Of a stretch of DNA of 64,000 nt, positions 19,433-28,247 are shown in pieces; the first letter of the stretch is position 1; each line of letters opens with the position of its first letter. The DNA comes from an uncultured Gammaproteobacteria bacterium. GTDB lineage: Bacteria; Patescibacteriota; Microgenomatia; Levybacterales; GWA1-39-11. The notes below the pieces were generated by a model. That model saw nothing but the letters and a program-made list of their open reading frames with translations. It had not been told where the DNA came from and did no database searches. Both the position numbers and the translations under genes were made by a program. The stretch lies in contig CAZAJO010000006.1 of assembly GCA_964485575.1 (NCBI GenBank), positions 8,990-72,989 on the forward strand, in the 5' to 3' direction.

Positions 19433-19577
19433 GAATAAAGTTTTGTAAGCATTACGGGTTTGAATTTGTCAAACCTGGAGGATAGACTTCAATAAAGATT
19501 TTTTTTCCTCATCTTGCCCAACATTTCAAAAATTTTAGGAACATGCTTTTTTAGGGAAAAGCACGTTTTACTTACAT

Positions 19578-20792
19578 ATGAATAGACCATATTACAAAAA
19601 GCAAAGAAACAATAACAATAACTCTGGAAGAGGTGGATACAACCGTGGTCCAAGACCTGCTTTTGGACAAAGCAATGGTCGGAAGATGTCCACATTCAAC
19701 CCTTCCCATCTCGTATCTGAAGCTAAGGAATTTGAGCCCCAGGAAGTATTTGTGCCAACTCACCAATTTGCTGATTTCGATCTAGATACCCGTTTAAAAC
19801 TCAACATAAATGCAAAAAATTATGTTACACCTACTCCTATTCAAGATCAGGCAATCCCTGCAATGCTTGAGGGACGAGACGTTATTGGGATAGCAAATAC
19901 CGGAACTGGAAAGACGGCGGCTTTCCTTATTCCCCTAATTGATAAAGTTCTTAAAAATAGGAATAAAAAAGTCATAATACTTGCTCCGACAAGAGAACTT
20001 GCCGTCCAGATAAGGGATGAATTTGAAGAGTTTAGTCGTGGAATGAATATGTACTCAGTGCTTCTTATCGGTGGAGTTAAAAGTTTTAGGCAGAAGCAAG
20101 ATCTAAGACGAGAATTCAATTTTGTCATAGGAACACCAGGACGCGTAAAAGACATGATTAAGGAAAGACAACTGAGACTTGATCAATTTGACAGCGTTGT
20201 TTTAGACGAGGCAGATCATATGGTTGATATCGGATTTATCCACGATGTAAAATTCTTTATATCTCTACTTCCGCATAACCGTCAGTCGCTTTTCTTTTCT
20301 GCAACAATTGATGGTAGCGTTAAGGAAATATTGGCTGCATTCGTTAAAAACCCAGTTACAGTATCGGTCAAAACCCATGACACGGTGGATGCTATTTCGC
20401 AGGATGTTATAAAAGTAGAAAGTCAAAACAAAAAGATTGACCAACTGCATGATCTGTTAATCCAAAAGAATTATGAGAAAGTTATTATTTTTGGAAGAAC
20501 AAAATGGGGAGTACAAAAAGTCAGTGATGAATTAGTGAGGCGCGGATTTAGAGCTGGTGCAATACATGGTAATAAGAATCAGAATCAAAGACAAAGAACT
20601 CTTACTATGTTCAAGAGAAACGAGATTTCAATTCTCCTGGCAACAGACGTTGCTGCTCGAGGTTTGGACATTGATGATGTCTCACACGTTATAAATTATG
20701 ATATGCCAGCTTCTTATGAGGATTATATTCACAGAATAGGTCGTACTGGACGCGCCAACAAGAAAGGTACTGCTCTTACATTTGTAGGCTAG
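19578..20792 (+). CDS. DEAD-box RNA helicase
   Basis: Q-motif PTPIQ, ANTGTGKT, PTRELA, GTPGR, DEAD, FSAT, TDVAARGLD, HRIGRTGR. Confidence 0.96.
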   Translation: MNRPYYKKQRNNNNNSGRGGYNRGPRPAFGQSNGRKMSTFNPSHLVSEAKEFEPQEVFVPTHQFADFDLDTRLKLNINAKNYVTPTPIQDQAIPAMLEGRDVIGIANTGTGKTAAFLIPLIDKVLKNRNKKVIILAPTRELAVQIRDEFEEFSRGMNMYSVLLIGGVKSFRQKQDLRREFNFVIGTPGRVKDMIKERQLRLDQFDSVVLDEADHMVDIGFIHDVKFFISLLPHNRQSLFFSATIDGSVKEILAAFVKNPVTVSVKTHDTVDAISQDVIKVESQNKKIDQLHDLLIQKNYEKVIIFGRTKWGVQKVSDELVRRGFRAGAIHGNKNQNQRQRTLTMFKRNEISILLATDVAARGLDIDDVSHVINYDMPASYEDYIHRIGRTGRANKKGTALTFVG

Positions 20793-21434
20793 CTAAGGCC
20801 TTTGCATGATCAAAGCTTCTGTTCTCCAAATTTTCGTTCTTCCTGCAATATGAGGATCGTCGTGGTTTTCAGGATGAAAAACAGCGCTTTTTCGCTCAAA
20901 AGTCGTAAAGTCACCTTTTCTGAATACGCATTTATATTCCGGATCTTTTGAATACATTCCTTTTCTCGATTCTGCTGTGAGCACTGGGAAATGAAAGGCC
21001 CAATCTATAGAGTTTCCTTTCGGACTATACCTAAATTGAAAGCGACTAACATAATCCCCTTCTCTTTCAAAAAAAGTATACTTGTAAGAAGCGTCTTCCT
21101 CTATTTTCTCGCACGAATAGGTTATTCCTTCAGGTCTGTTGTCGCTAACTGCTAAGTAAATAATTCCTGCCCAATAGTTCCACAGGAGTTGTCTTTGTTC
21201 CTCTTGTCTTTTGTCGTAATCGGAAACTACAGCGTTGTCCCTACTCTCAGGTGATAATGCTTCCCATGCGTTATTGAGTAACTGAATACCAGATTGCGAT
21301 GCTGCTTCGATGCACTCTTTTTCAGGCAATTCTGTCCACGCTCCAGGAAATTTGCGGATCAATTGTGGGTCTGTAGGATTACAAACAAAATGTTCGAAGC
21401 CAAAAAGAACGCCTTGATCTACTTGCTCCTTCAT
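20793..21434 (-). CDS. Hypothetical protein
   Basis: 213-aa ORF overlapping the GIY-YIG stop; no motif recognised. Confidence 0.7.
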   Translation of the reverse strand: MKEQVDQGVLFGFEHFVCNPTDPQLIRKFPGAWTELPEKECIEAASQSGIQLLNNAWEALSPESRDNAVVSDYDKRQEEQRQLLWNYWAGIIYLAVSDNRPEGITYSCEKIEEDASYKYTFFEREGDYVSRFQFRYSPKGNSIDWAFHFPVLTAESRKGMYSKDPEYKCVFRKGDFTTFERKSAVFHPENHDDPHIAGRTKIWRTEALIMQRP

Positions 21435-21685
21435 TTACCCTGGATTAAAGCCCTTTTTTCATTTCTTGTCAATTGTTTTAATTCATATTCACGTTGAAGA
21501 GCTTTTGTTTGGTTATCTACCATTTCATAGTAGACCAAAAAAACCGGACGCCTACCAGAGGTATACTTTGCACCTCCAGATATCGCTCCGTTATGTGATT
21601 TCAACCGTTTGACAAGGTCTACTGTTTTGCCGGTGTAGAAAGTTCCGTCGTTACACTCTACAATATAAACATAGTAATTTTTCAT
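21431..21685 (-). CDS. GIY-YIG nuclease family protein (UPF0213-like)
   Basis: YYVYIVECNDGTFYTG...RLKSHN...GAKYT..RRPV...ALQREYELK. Confidence 0.92.
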   Translation of the reverse strand: MKNYYVYIVECNDGTFYTGKTVDLVKRLKSHNGAISGGAKYTSGRRPVFLVYYEMVDNQTKALQREYELKQLTRNEKRALIQGK

Positions 21686-21747
21686 AGAATATATTAAGCC
21701 TCTTTTCAGTCTACCTCTCTATAGTTGATTCTTAGTATAATCCAAAT

Positions 21748-22197
21748 ATGCGAAAATACTTACAGATCTCAGTAGTTATTTTAATTATCCTTCTTGCCGC
21801 ATATTTTAAAAACACGCCAGATAATGATGAGGACGAAAAAATAAATATTCAAGCACCTTCTCCAACAACAGTCTCAACTGTTACTGTAAGTCCAACTACT
21901 TCGGTTAGCTCTTCAAAATACAAAGATGGGGTATATGATGGAAGCATAGAAGACGCAGTTTATGGAGATCTTCAAGTGGAAGTTGTTATTGCGGGTGGTA
22001 GGATAACAGATGTTAGTGAGTTGATGTACCCTGACGATAATCACACGTCAATTGCAATAAACAAACAAGCTCTTACTATTCTAAAACAAGAGGCTATTGA
22101 TAGACAAAGTTTTGATGTAGATATAGTTACTGGCGCATCTGACTCAGCTCCTGCATTTGCAAGATCGTTGGAAGTAGCACTAAGTAAAGCTTTGTAG
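21748..22197 (+). CDS. Membrane-anchored extracytosolic FMN-binding protein
   Basis: N-terminal TM, Thr/Ser linker, YKDGVY, flavinylation motif DIVTGAS. Confidence 0.9.
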   Translation: MRKYLQISVVILIILLAAYFKNTPDNDEDEKINIQAPSPTTVSTVTVSPTTSVSSSKYKDGVYDGSIEDAVYGDLQVEVVIAGGRITDVSELMYPDDNHTSIAINKQALTILKQEAIDRQSFDVDIVTGASDSAPAFARSLEVALSKAL

Positions 22198-22312
22198 AGT
22201 TTTTCTATACCAGATAACTCTTGCTCAAATTTCCAACTGAAAATTTGAGCTGAGACTCTCGGTATAATACTCGTTCAAGGACTTATATTTTGATAACATA
22301 GGAACTCGTATT

Positions 22313-23047
22313 ATGAAGGTAACAGAAGGAATCATGGGAATGAGTGTTGCTGTTGAAGTACTTGACGAATGTGATGGTTCTGATGTTGATGAAATATTGG
22401 ATTACTTCCATGAAGTTGACGAGATGTTCAGCACATACAAAAGAACGAGCGAGATAAGTAAAATCAACAGGAAGGAGCTTCGTATAGAGGATGCGAGTCC
22501 AGATGTTAAAAAAATTCTTAGACTTTGTGAAGAGACAAGGAGTCTGACTCATGGGTATTTTGATATTCACGTAGAGGGAGTTCTGGATCCATCCGGCCTT
22601 GTTAAGGGGTATGCTATCTCCGAAGCGTCAAAAAGACTGATAAAAAAAGGTTACAAGAACTTTTATATTGAAATCGGAGGAGATATCGATATTCATGGGT
22701 TGAAGAATGGACAAAAATGGAAGGTTGGAGTGCGGGACCCAAGAGACACAACTACTACTAAAGGAGTTTTGCATTTGACTAACGTTGGGATAGCAACTTC
22801 GGGAACTTACGAACGTGGAATGCATATATATGATCCTATTAAAAAGAAGCTAGCAAATGAAGTCTCAAGCCTTACTGTTATTGGTCCGGATGTATATGAA
22901 GCTGATAGATTTGCAACGGCCGCGTATGCTATGGGCAAGAAAGGAATTGATTTTTTAGATACAATAGAAGGTGTTGAAGGATATATGATCGCGCGTGACG
23001 GAAAAGAATATTTGACTGAAGGCTTTCGTAATTATCTTAAAAGATGA
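22313..23047 (+). CDS. apbE: FAD:protein FMN transferase
   Basis: FSTYKRTSEIS, LDPSGLVKGYA, IEIGGDI, WKVGVRDP, IATSGTYERG.HI, ADRFATA. Confidence 0.92.
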   Translation: MKVTEGIMGMSVAVEVLDECDGSDVDEILDYFHEVDEMFSTYKRTSEISKINRKELRIEDASPDVKKILRLCEETRSLTHGYFDIHVEGVLDPSGLVKGYAISEASKRLIKKGYKNFYIEIGGDIDIHGLKNGQKWKVGVRDPRDTTTTKGVLHLTNVGIATSGTYERGMHIYDPIKKKLANEVSSLTVIGPDVYEADRFATAAYAMGKKGIDFLDTIEGVEGYMIARDGKEYLTEGFRNYLKR

Positions 23048-24579
23048 AATATATAGACGCACTTCTCAATAGAATTACGATGTATAGGCTAGTCCTCTAT
23101 GTTCTAATCTCGTGGGTTGGGATTGGTGCTGTGTTGGGATTTTTAGACAGCATTCCATACAAAGGATTTGATATTTTAATGACAGCTTCAATAGCAGTCA
23201 TTTCTTGCTTTATAACAAATTACCTCTTCTCAAAGGTATTTAATGCAGTTACTAATATAGAGTCCGTTTTTGTGACCGCACTTATCCTGACGCTTATTTT
23301 TCCAATAGCTTTCCCTTCAAGTCTTGCTCCACTTGTTGTGGTATCAGTAATTGCTATGGCATCAAAATATCTTTTGACCATCGAAAAAAGACATATATTT
23401 AACCCAGCAGCAGTTGCTGTCCTTGTTGTTGGTTATTTTGCCCCCGACTACTCAGCTATCTGGTGGATCGGATCAAATGCCATTATCATACCTGTCTTTA
23501 TTGGCGGGTTCTTGATCATAAGAAAAATAAGAAGAGAAGATCTAGTATTGTCATTTCTTCTTACATTCCTACTCATGAGCGGAATCGGAAGTTATCTTAA
23601 CAATGGTTCAGTAGATTCTATTCTAAACGTCTGGAGGCAAAGTCTTCTTTCCTCTGCTCTAATATTCTTCGCTTTCGTGATGCTCACAGAACCACTTACT
23701 TCTCCTACTACAAAAAAGTTTCAACGATTTTACGCAATTATTGTTGCTATTTTGTATAGTAGTCCCCTTCTGAGACTTGGAATCTTTGCTATTACACCGG
23801 AGATGGCACTTGTTGGTGGAAATATATTTTCATTTATCGTAAGTCCAAAATATAGGCTTCTTCTAACGCTTCAAAGAAAAATTAAACTTTCTGATGACAC
23901 ATTCCTTTTTGATTTTGGTTCTATAAAAAAATTCCAGTTTGTGCCCGGCCAATATTTGGAATGGACGCTTCCGCATTCGCATGTAGATTCAAGGGGAAAC
24001 CGTCGATACTTCAGTATTGCCTCAGGCAAGAATGAGAATCTCATGATGGCAGTTAAATTCTACAAGCCTTCAAGTAGTTATAAAAATGCTCTTTTGAATT
24101 TGCAGCCTGGTGAAAAGATGATAGCAACAAGTCTTGCTGGGGATTTTGTCCGCCCTAAAAACCCATCTATTCCGCTCGTTTTTATCGCAGGTGGAATTGG
24201 AATAACTCCCTTCAGAAGCATGATCGAAGACATCATAGAAAAAAAACAAAATGTTAATATCGCATTGCTTTTTGCTAATAAAAATGAGAGTGACATTGTT
24301 TTTAAAGAAGATTTGGAGAAAGCGAGAAATTTTGGAGTTAAGACGCATTATATCTTGACTGACAAAGACAAAACTCCGTCGACCTGGAATGGGCTCAGAG
24401 GTCATATTGATAGTGATATGGTTAAAAAACTCTTGCCTGATTTTCAGAAAAGAGTTTTCTTTATTTCTGGGCCACAGCTTATGGTGCAGAATTTCGAAAA
24501 AATGCTTAGAACTATGGGTGTCAGAAAAAGTAACATTAAGTCCGATTTTTTCCCTGGCTACAAAGAAACAGTAGCATAA
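23044..24579 (+). CDS. RnfD/NqrB-like membrane domain fused to a ferredoxin-NAD(P)H reductase-type domain
   Basis: SKY...RHIFNPAA and FVMLTEPLTSP in the membrane part; PGQY, RRYFSIAS, FIAGGIGITPFRS and FISGP in the FNR part. Confidence 0.88.
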   Translation: MKYIDALLNRITMYRLVLYVLISWVGIGAVLGFLDSIPYKGFDILMTASIAVISCFITNYLFSKVFNAVTNIESVFVTALILTLIFPIAFPSSLAPLVVVSVIAMASKYLLTIEKRHIFNPAAVAVLVVGYFAPDYSAIWWIGSNAIIIPVFIGGFLIIRKIRREDLVLSFLLTFLLMSGIGSYLNNGSVDSILNVWRQSLLSSALIFFAFVMLTEPLTSPTTKKFQRFYAIIVAILYSSPLLRLGIFAITPEMALVGGNIFSFIVSPKYRLLLTLQRKIKLSDDTFLFDFGSIKKFQFVPGQYLEWTLPHSHVDSRGNRRYFSIASGKNENLMMAVKFYKPSSSYKNALLNLQPGEKMIATSLAGDFVRPKNPSIPLVFIAGGIGITPFRSMIEDIIEKKQNVNIALLFANKNESDIVFKEDLEKARNFGVKTHYILTDKDKTPSTWNGLRGHIDSDMVKKLLPDFQKRVFFISGPQLMVQNFEKMLRTMGVRKSNIKSDFFPGYKETVA

Positions 24580-24633
24580 ATCGATTGCTTTTGAGCACGA
24601 AATGTGCTATAATACTTCAAACCCTCTCAAACT

Positions 24634-24906
24634 ATGCAATCCCATAATTCAAATCCATGTACCCGTTGCGGGAAAGAAAGAATTGAAGGAAAAAAGTGGA
24701 AAGAAGAGATAGCTACTTTTTTTGGAACCTCTACAATCATTCATCAAGATACTATTTGCCCTGATCCGGAGTGTCAAAAAATCGTTGAAGAAAAATTAGA
24801 ACAGCAAAAACAGAAGTCAGACGAATTAAAGCAAGAAAAGCAAAAAAAGGTGGATATAGCAACAGCTGCACGAAAGTTAAAAGCACTACAAAACCTCAAG
24901 AACTAA
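24634..24906 (+). CDS. Small Zn-finger/coiled-coil hypothetical protein
   Basis: CTRC...CPDPEC followed by a Lys/Glu-rich helix. Confidence 0.75.
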   Translation: MQSHNSNPCTRCGKERIEGKKWKEEIATFFGTSTIIHQDTICPDPECQKIVEEKLEQQKQKSDELKQEKQKKVDIATAARKLKALQNLKN

Positions 24907-25399
24907 TACGTTTATATACCAGAAATATGGTTACACCCGCGATCAACACGAGATACACATAAGTGACGTAATTTGCTATTCCTGAATTGTTTTTTGTGTC
25001 CATAATGCTTTTCCCTACCTCAAGCTCAAGTTCGGTAAAAAACCCAGGAGATTTACTGTCAAAGATAATGTAATAAGTGCCTTCTTTGTCAAATGTCACA
25101 GTAGCTGATGCATTGTAGAGGCTACTCGTTCTTTTTACCTCCGTAACTGGTTTTGTGAGAAGTTTTTTGCGATCTCTGTAAATTGTAATTGTGCAATCAC
25201 AGTCTTTTACATTAAATTCTTTTGAAGAGTCATCAATCTGGAAGTGTAAAACGGTTTCTTGATTGATAAGTGGTCTATCATCGGGTTCTGCGTGCATGAG
25301 AACTTTAATAGATCCCACTCCTTCAGCGGTATGGGCGTGCACACTCTCTTTGTTAAAAAGGAAAATGCAGAGGACAAACAGAAAAATTATTTTTTTCAT
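24896..25399 (-). CDS. Secreted, C-terminally anchored hypothetical protein
   Basis: Signal peptide ending VHA-H, beta-rich body, C-terminal TM followed by KR. Confidence 0.7.
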   Translation of the reverse strand: MKKIIFLFVLCIFLFNKESVHAHTAEGVGSIKVLMHAEPDDRPLINQETVLHFQIDDSSKEFNVKDCDCTITIYRDRKKLLTKPVTEVKRTSSLYNASATVTFDKEGTYYIIFDSKSPGFFTELELEVGKSIMDTKNNSGIANYVTYVYLVLIAGVTIFLVYKRISS

Positions 25400-26316
25400 C
25401 TTTCGATTATACCGTATGAATTGAGAAGTGTACTTACCGTAACAAATTCAAAACCTTTTTCTCTTAAAATATTTATGATTTGTGGAACTGCAATGTAGTC
25501 GACAGGTTCATTGGGAAATCCGTTCATGTGCATGACTATTATTGAACCATTTCTTGTATTACTCACGACGTTATTTATTATAGCCTCCGAATTCGGATTG
25601 AATCCATCATTTGCAACCACATCCCACTGGATTGCAGTCATTCCCGCTTTTTTTAAAAGGTCAAGGTCTTCAATCTTGTAGCATCCTCCCGGAAATCGGA
25701 ACAATTTTGTTTTTACTCCTGTGTAATGCTGGAGTAAAAATTGTGACGTTCCCAGATCTTGAATTTTTTCAGTATCTTCAAGGGATGGTAATCCAAAGCA
25801 GTCGTTGGTAAATGCCTTGTGTGCATACGAATGGCTAGCAATCTCAAATAATGGATCATTTGCAAGGTCTTTCGCTTCTTGAGGATAAACTTCGGTCCAC
25901 ATTCCGGCAATAAACAGCGTTGCGGGGGTTTTAAGAGCTCTTAACGTTTCAATCATTTTAGAGTCATAATAACTTTGCACGTGCCCACCTTTAAGAGACT
26001 GAACCATCCCTTCAGTCATGTCCGCATCAAAAGTCAAAGCAATCATCCTTTTGTTCCGGTCTCCATGAAAAACCATCCCCTTTTTTTGTGCTAGAAAGTG
26101 GTTTTGGTAGATCAACTCTTTCTTCCAGTCCACTTCTCTTACATATTCTTGTTGCTTGTATAAATTAGTCATAAAAAAAGGAAGACTGGAGCTTTGGGGA
26201 GACAGAAAAAATACGGAAAAATTAAACACAATAAGTAATGGAAGTAGGACGATGTATGTATAAAGAAAAGAGTTGTCTTTTATTTTTTTTCTACTATTCT
26301 TCGCTCTTTTTTTCAT
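25396..26316 (-). CDS. Polysaccharide deacetylase (NodB/CE4)
   Basis: IALTFDA, EIASHSYAH, FRFPGG, IQWDV, GSIIVMH. Confidence 0.9.
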   Translation of the reverse strand: MKKRAKNSRKKIKDNSFLYTYIVLLPLLIVFNFSVFFLSPQSSSLPFFMTNLYKQQEYVREVDWKKELIYQNHFLAQKKGMVFHGDRNKRMIALTFDADMTEGMVQSLKGGHVQSYYDSKMIETLRALKTPATLFIAGMWTEVYPQEAKDLANDPLFEIASHSYAHKAFTNDCFGLPSLEDTEKIQDLGTSQFLLQHYTGVKTKLFRFPGGCYKIEDLDLLKKAGMTAIQWDVVANDGFNPNSEAIINNVVSNTRNGSIIVMHMNGFPNEPVDYIAVPQIINILREKGFEFVTVSTLLNSYGIIER

Positions 26317-26391
26317 TGAACCATTCTAATCTTTTGAATTAATTCCAGTCAATACACTAATTATGATATTATTGCCTTAAAGTCCATTAAT

Positions 26392-28176
26392 ATGTTTTTT
26401 CCCAAGTTACTTTCTTATGTCAGGTCTTTTTTTCTGCCTTTTTTGGTAGTTGTCGGTCTTATCGCGTACCTTATCTTAAGTTTTGGAAATTTCACAACCT
26501 TATCAATTATCATTGCATATGCATCAATCCTTTTAGGTTCATACCCTCTCATAGCTGAGTCTATTGAGGACATAAAAAATAGACAGTTTGGATTAGACTA
26601 CATCGCGATACTAGCTATAGCTGTAGCCCTTATAACTCATGAATATTTGGTTGGGATCATTCTCGGACTCATGCTTGCGACCGGCAGAAATTTAGAGGAT
26701 TTTGCATCAAAACTTGCTAAAAAGTCTCTCAGTAGTTTGGCTGAAAGAATACCTCATGATATTGGAGTTGAAGATAATGGAACTGTTATGAGTAAGTCAG
26801 TAGGTTCAATAAGTATTAACGAGATAATTGTTGTGAGAAAAGGGGAAGTAATACCTCTTGATGGTTTATTGCTCTCTCCAACAGCTGTTGTTGACGAATC
26901 AAGTCTCACCGGTGAGGCATTTCCGGCAGATAAATATAGTGGGGACCTATTAAGGTCAGGAATTCTCAATCTTGAGTCAGTGATACGCGTAAAAGTCACC
27001 AAGTCCGAGAAAGATTCAACCTATAAAAAAATAGTGCAACTCGTTGAAAGGGCACAGAGTGAAAAAGCACCACTTGTGAGACTTGCTGACAAATATAGTC
27101 TGTATTTTACAGTGATAACTCTTATCATTAGTGGCTTTGCATATCTTTTGCATCCTAACTTGGAAGCAATTCTAGCTGTATTGGTTGTTGCGACTCCTTG
27201 CCCATTGATACTCGCAACCCCAATCGCATTAATTGGTGGAATGAATGCTCAAGCTCGAAAAAGAATCATCATTAAAAAACTTGCTAGCATCGAATCCTTG
27301 TCGCGGGTGGACACTATAATTTTTGATAAAACAGGTACTCTCACACTTGGAAAACCACACGTTGCTAAATTTGTTCTGCACGAAAAAATTGATAGAAATC
27401 GCCTTTTATCTATAGCCGGATCAATAGAACGCAATTCACTACACCCCTTAGCAAAAGCAATTGTTGACTATACTGCCAAAGGTCCAACAATAGAAGTCTC
27501 TGACGTAGCAGAGGTTGTGGGAAAAGGTATCTCAGGAGTTGTTGATGGGAAAAAATATCTATTAGCAAAAATGGATTCCTCAGATGCGGCAATGAGAATT
27601 GGGATCTTTAAGGATAAAACCGTTTTAGGAGAATTTGTTTTTGAAGATCAACTGAAGGTAGAGTCAAAAAAAACGATTGAGAGCTTAAGAAACTTAAACA
27701 TGACTATAAAAATATTTACAGGAGACAAGCTGCGTACAGCGGTTGAATTGGTAAAAAAGATAGGAATAGAGATCGAAGTTAAGGCAGGTCTAAAGCCTGA
27801 GGACAAGCAAAAGGGTATCGAAGATCTTAAGCGCGAAGGAAGGACTGTTGCTATGGTTGGAGATGGAATAAATGACGCTCCTGCACTTGCTCTTTCTGAT
27901 GTAGGAATGGTTTTTGCAAATGATGAGCAAACTGCTGCTTCAGAAGCAGCTGATATTGTACTTCTCGGTGGTAACTTTTCCTCCGTACTCTATTCTATCC
28001 TTAGTGCGAAGAGGACAATTTCAATAGCAAAGCAAAGCATTTTGTGGGGAATTGGACTTAGTATCTTGTGTATGATCCTAGCAGCGTTAGGTTACATTCC
28101 CCCACTGGCCGGATCTTTGATACAAGAAGGCATAGACGTAGCTGTCATCCTCAACGCCTTAAGAGCTGCAAGATGA
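26392..28176 (+). CDS. Heavy-metal translocating P1B-type ATPase
   Basis: ESSLTGE, TPCPL, FDKTGTLT, SLHPLA, TGD, GDGINDAPAL. Confidence 0.95.
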   Translation: MFFPKLLSYVRSFFLPFLVVVGLIAYLILSFGNFTTLSIIIAYASILLGSYPLIAESIEDIKNRQFGLDYIAILAIAVALITHEYLVGIILGLMLATGRNLEDFASKLAKKSLSSLAERIPHDIGVEDNGTVMSKSVGSISINEIIVVRKGEVIPLDGLLLSPTAVVDESSLTGEAFPADKYSGDLLRSGILNLESVIRVKVTKSEKDSTYKKIVQLVERAQSEKAPLVRLADKYSLYFTVITLIISGFAYLLHPNLEAILAVLVVATPCPLILATPIALIGGMNAQARKRIIIKKLASIESLSRVDTIIFDKTGTLTLGKPHVAKFVLHEKIDRNRLLSIAGSIERNSLHPLAKAIVDYTAKGPTIEVSDVAEVVGKGISGVVDGKKYLLAKMDSSDAAMRIGIFKDKTVLGEFVFEDQLKVESKKTIESLRNLNMTIKIFTGDKLRTAVELVKKIGIEIEVKAGLKPEDKQKGIEDLKREGRTVAMVGDGINDAPALALSDVGMVFANDEQTAASEAADIVLLGGNFSSVLYSILSAKRTISIAKQSILWGIGLSILCMILAALGYIPPLAGSLIQEGIDVAVILNALRAAR

Positions 28177-28247
28177 AGTGGGACCCATTCTAGCTCATAA
28201 TTTTAGAAGGGTCGCTACAACCAGATTTGAGTGTTAGAATAGATCTT

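Noticed and set aside
21431-21685. Homing endonuclease or intron
   Set aside because: Short stand-alone UPF0213-type GIY-YIG that does not interrupt any gene.
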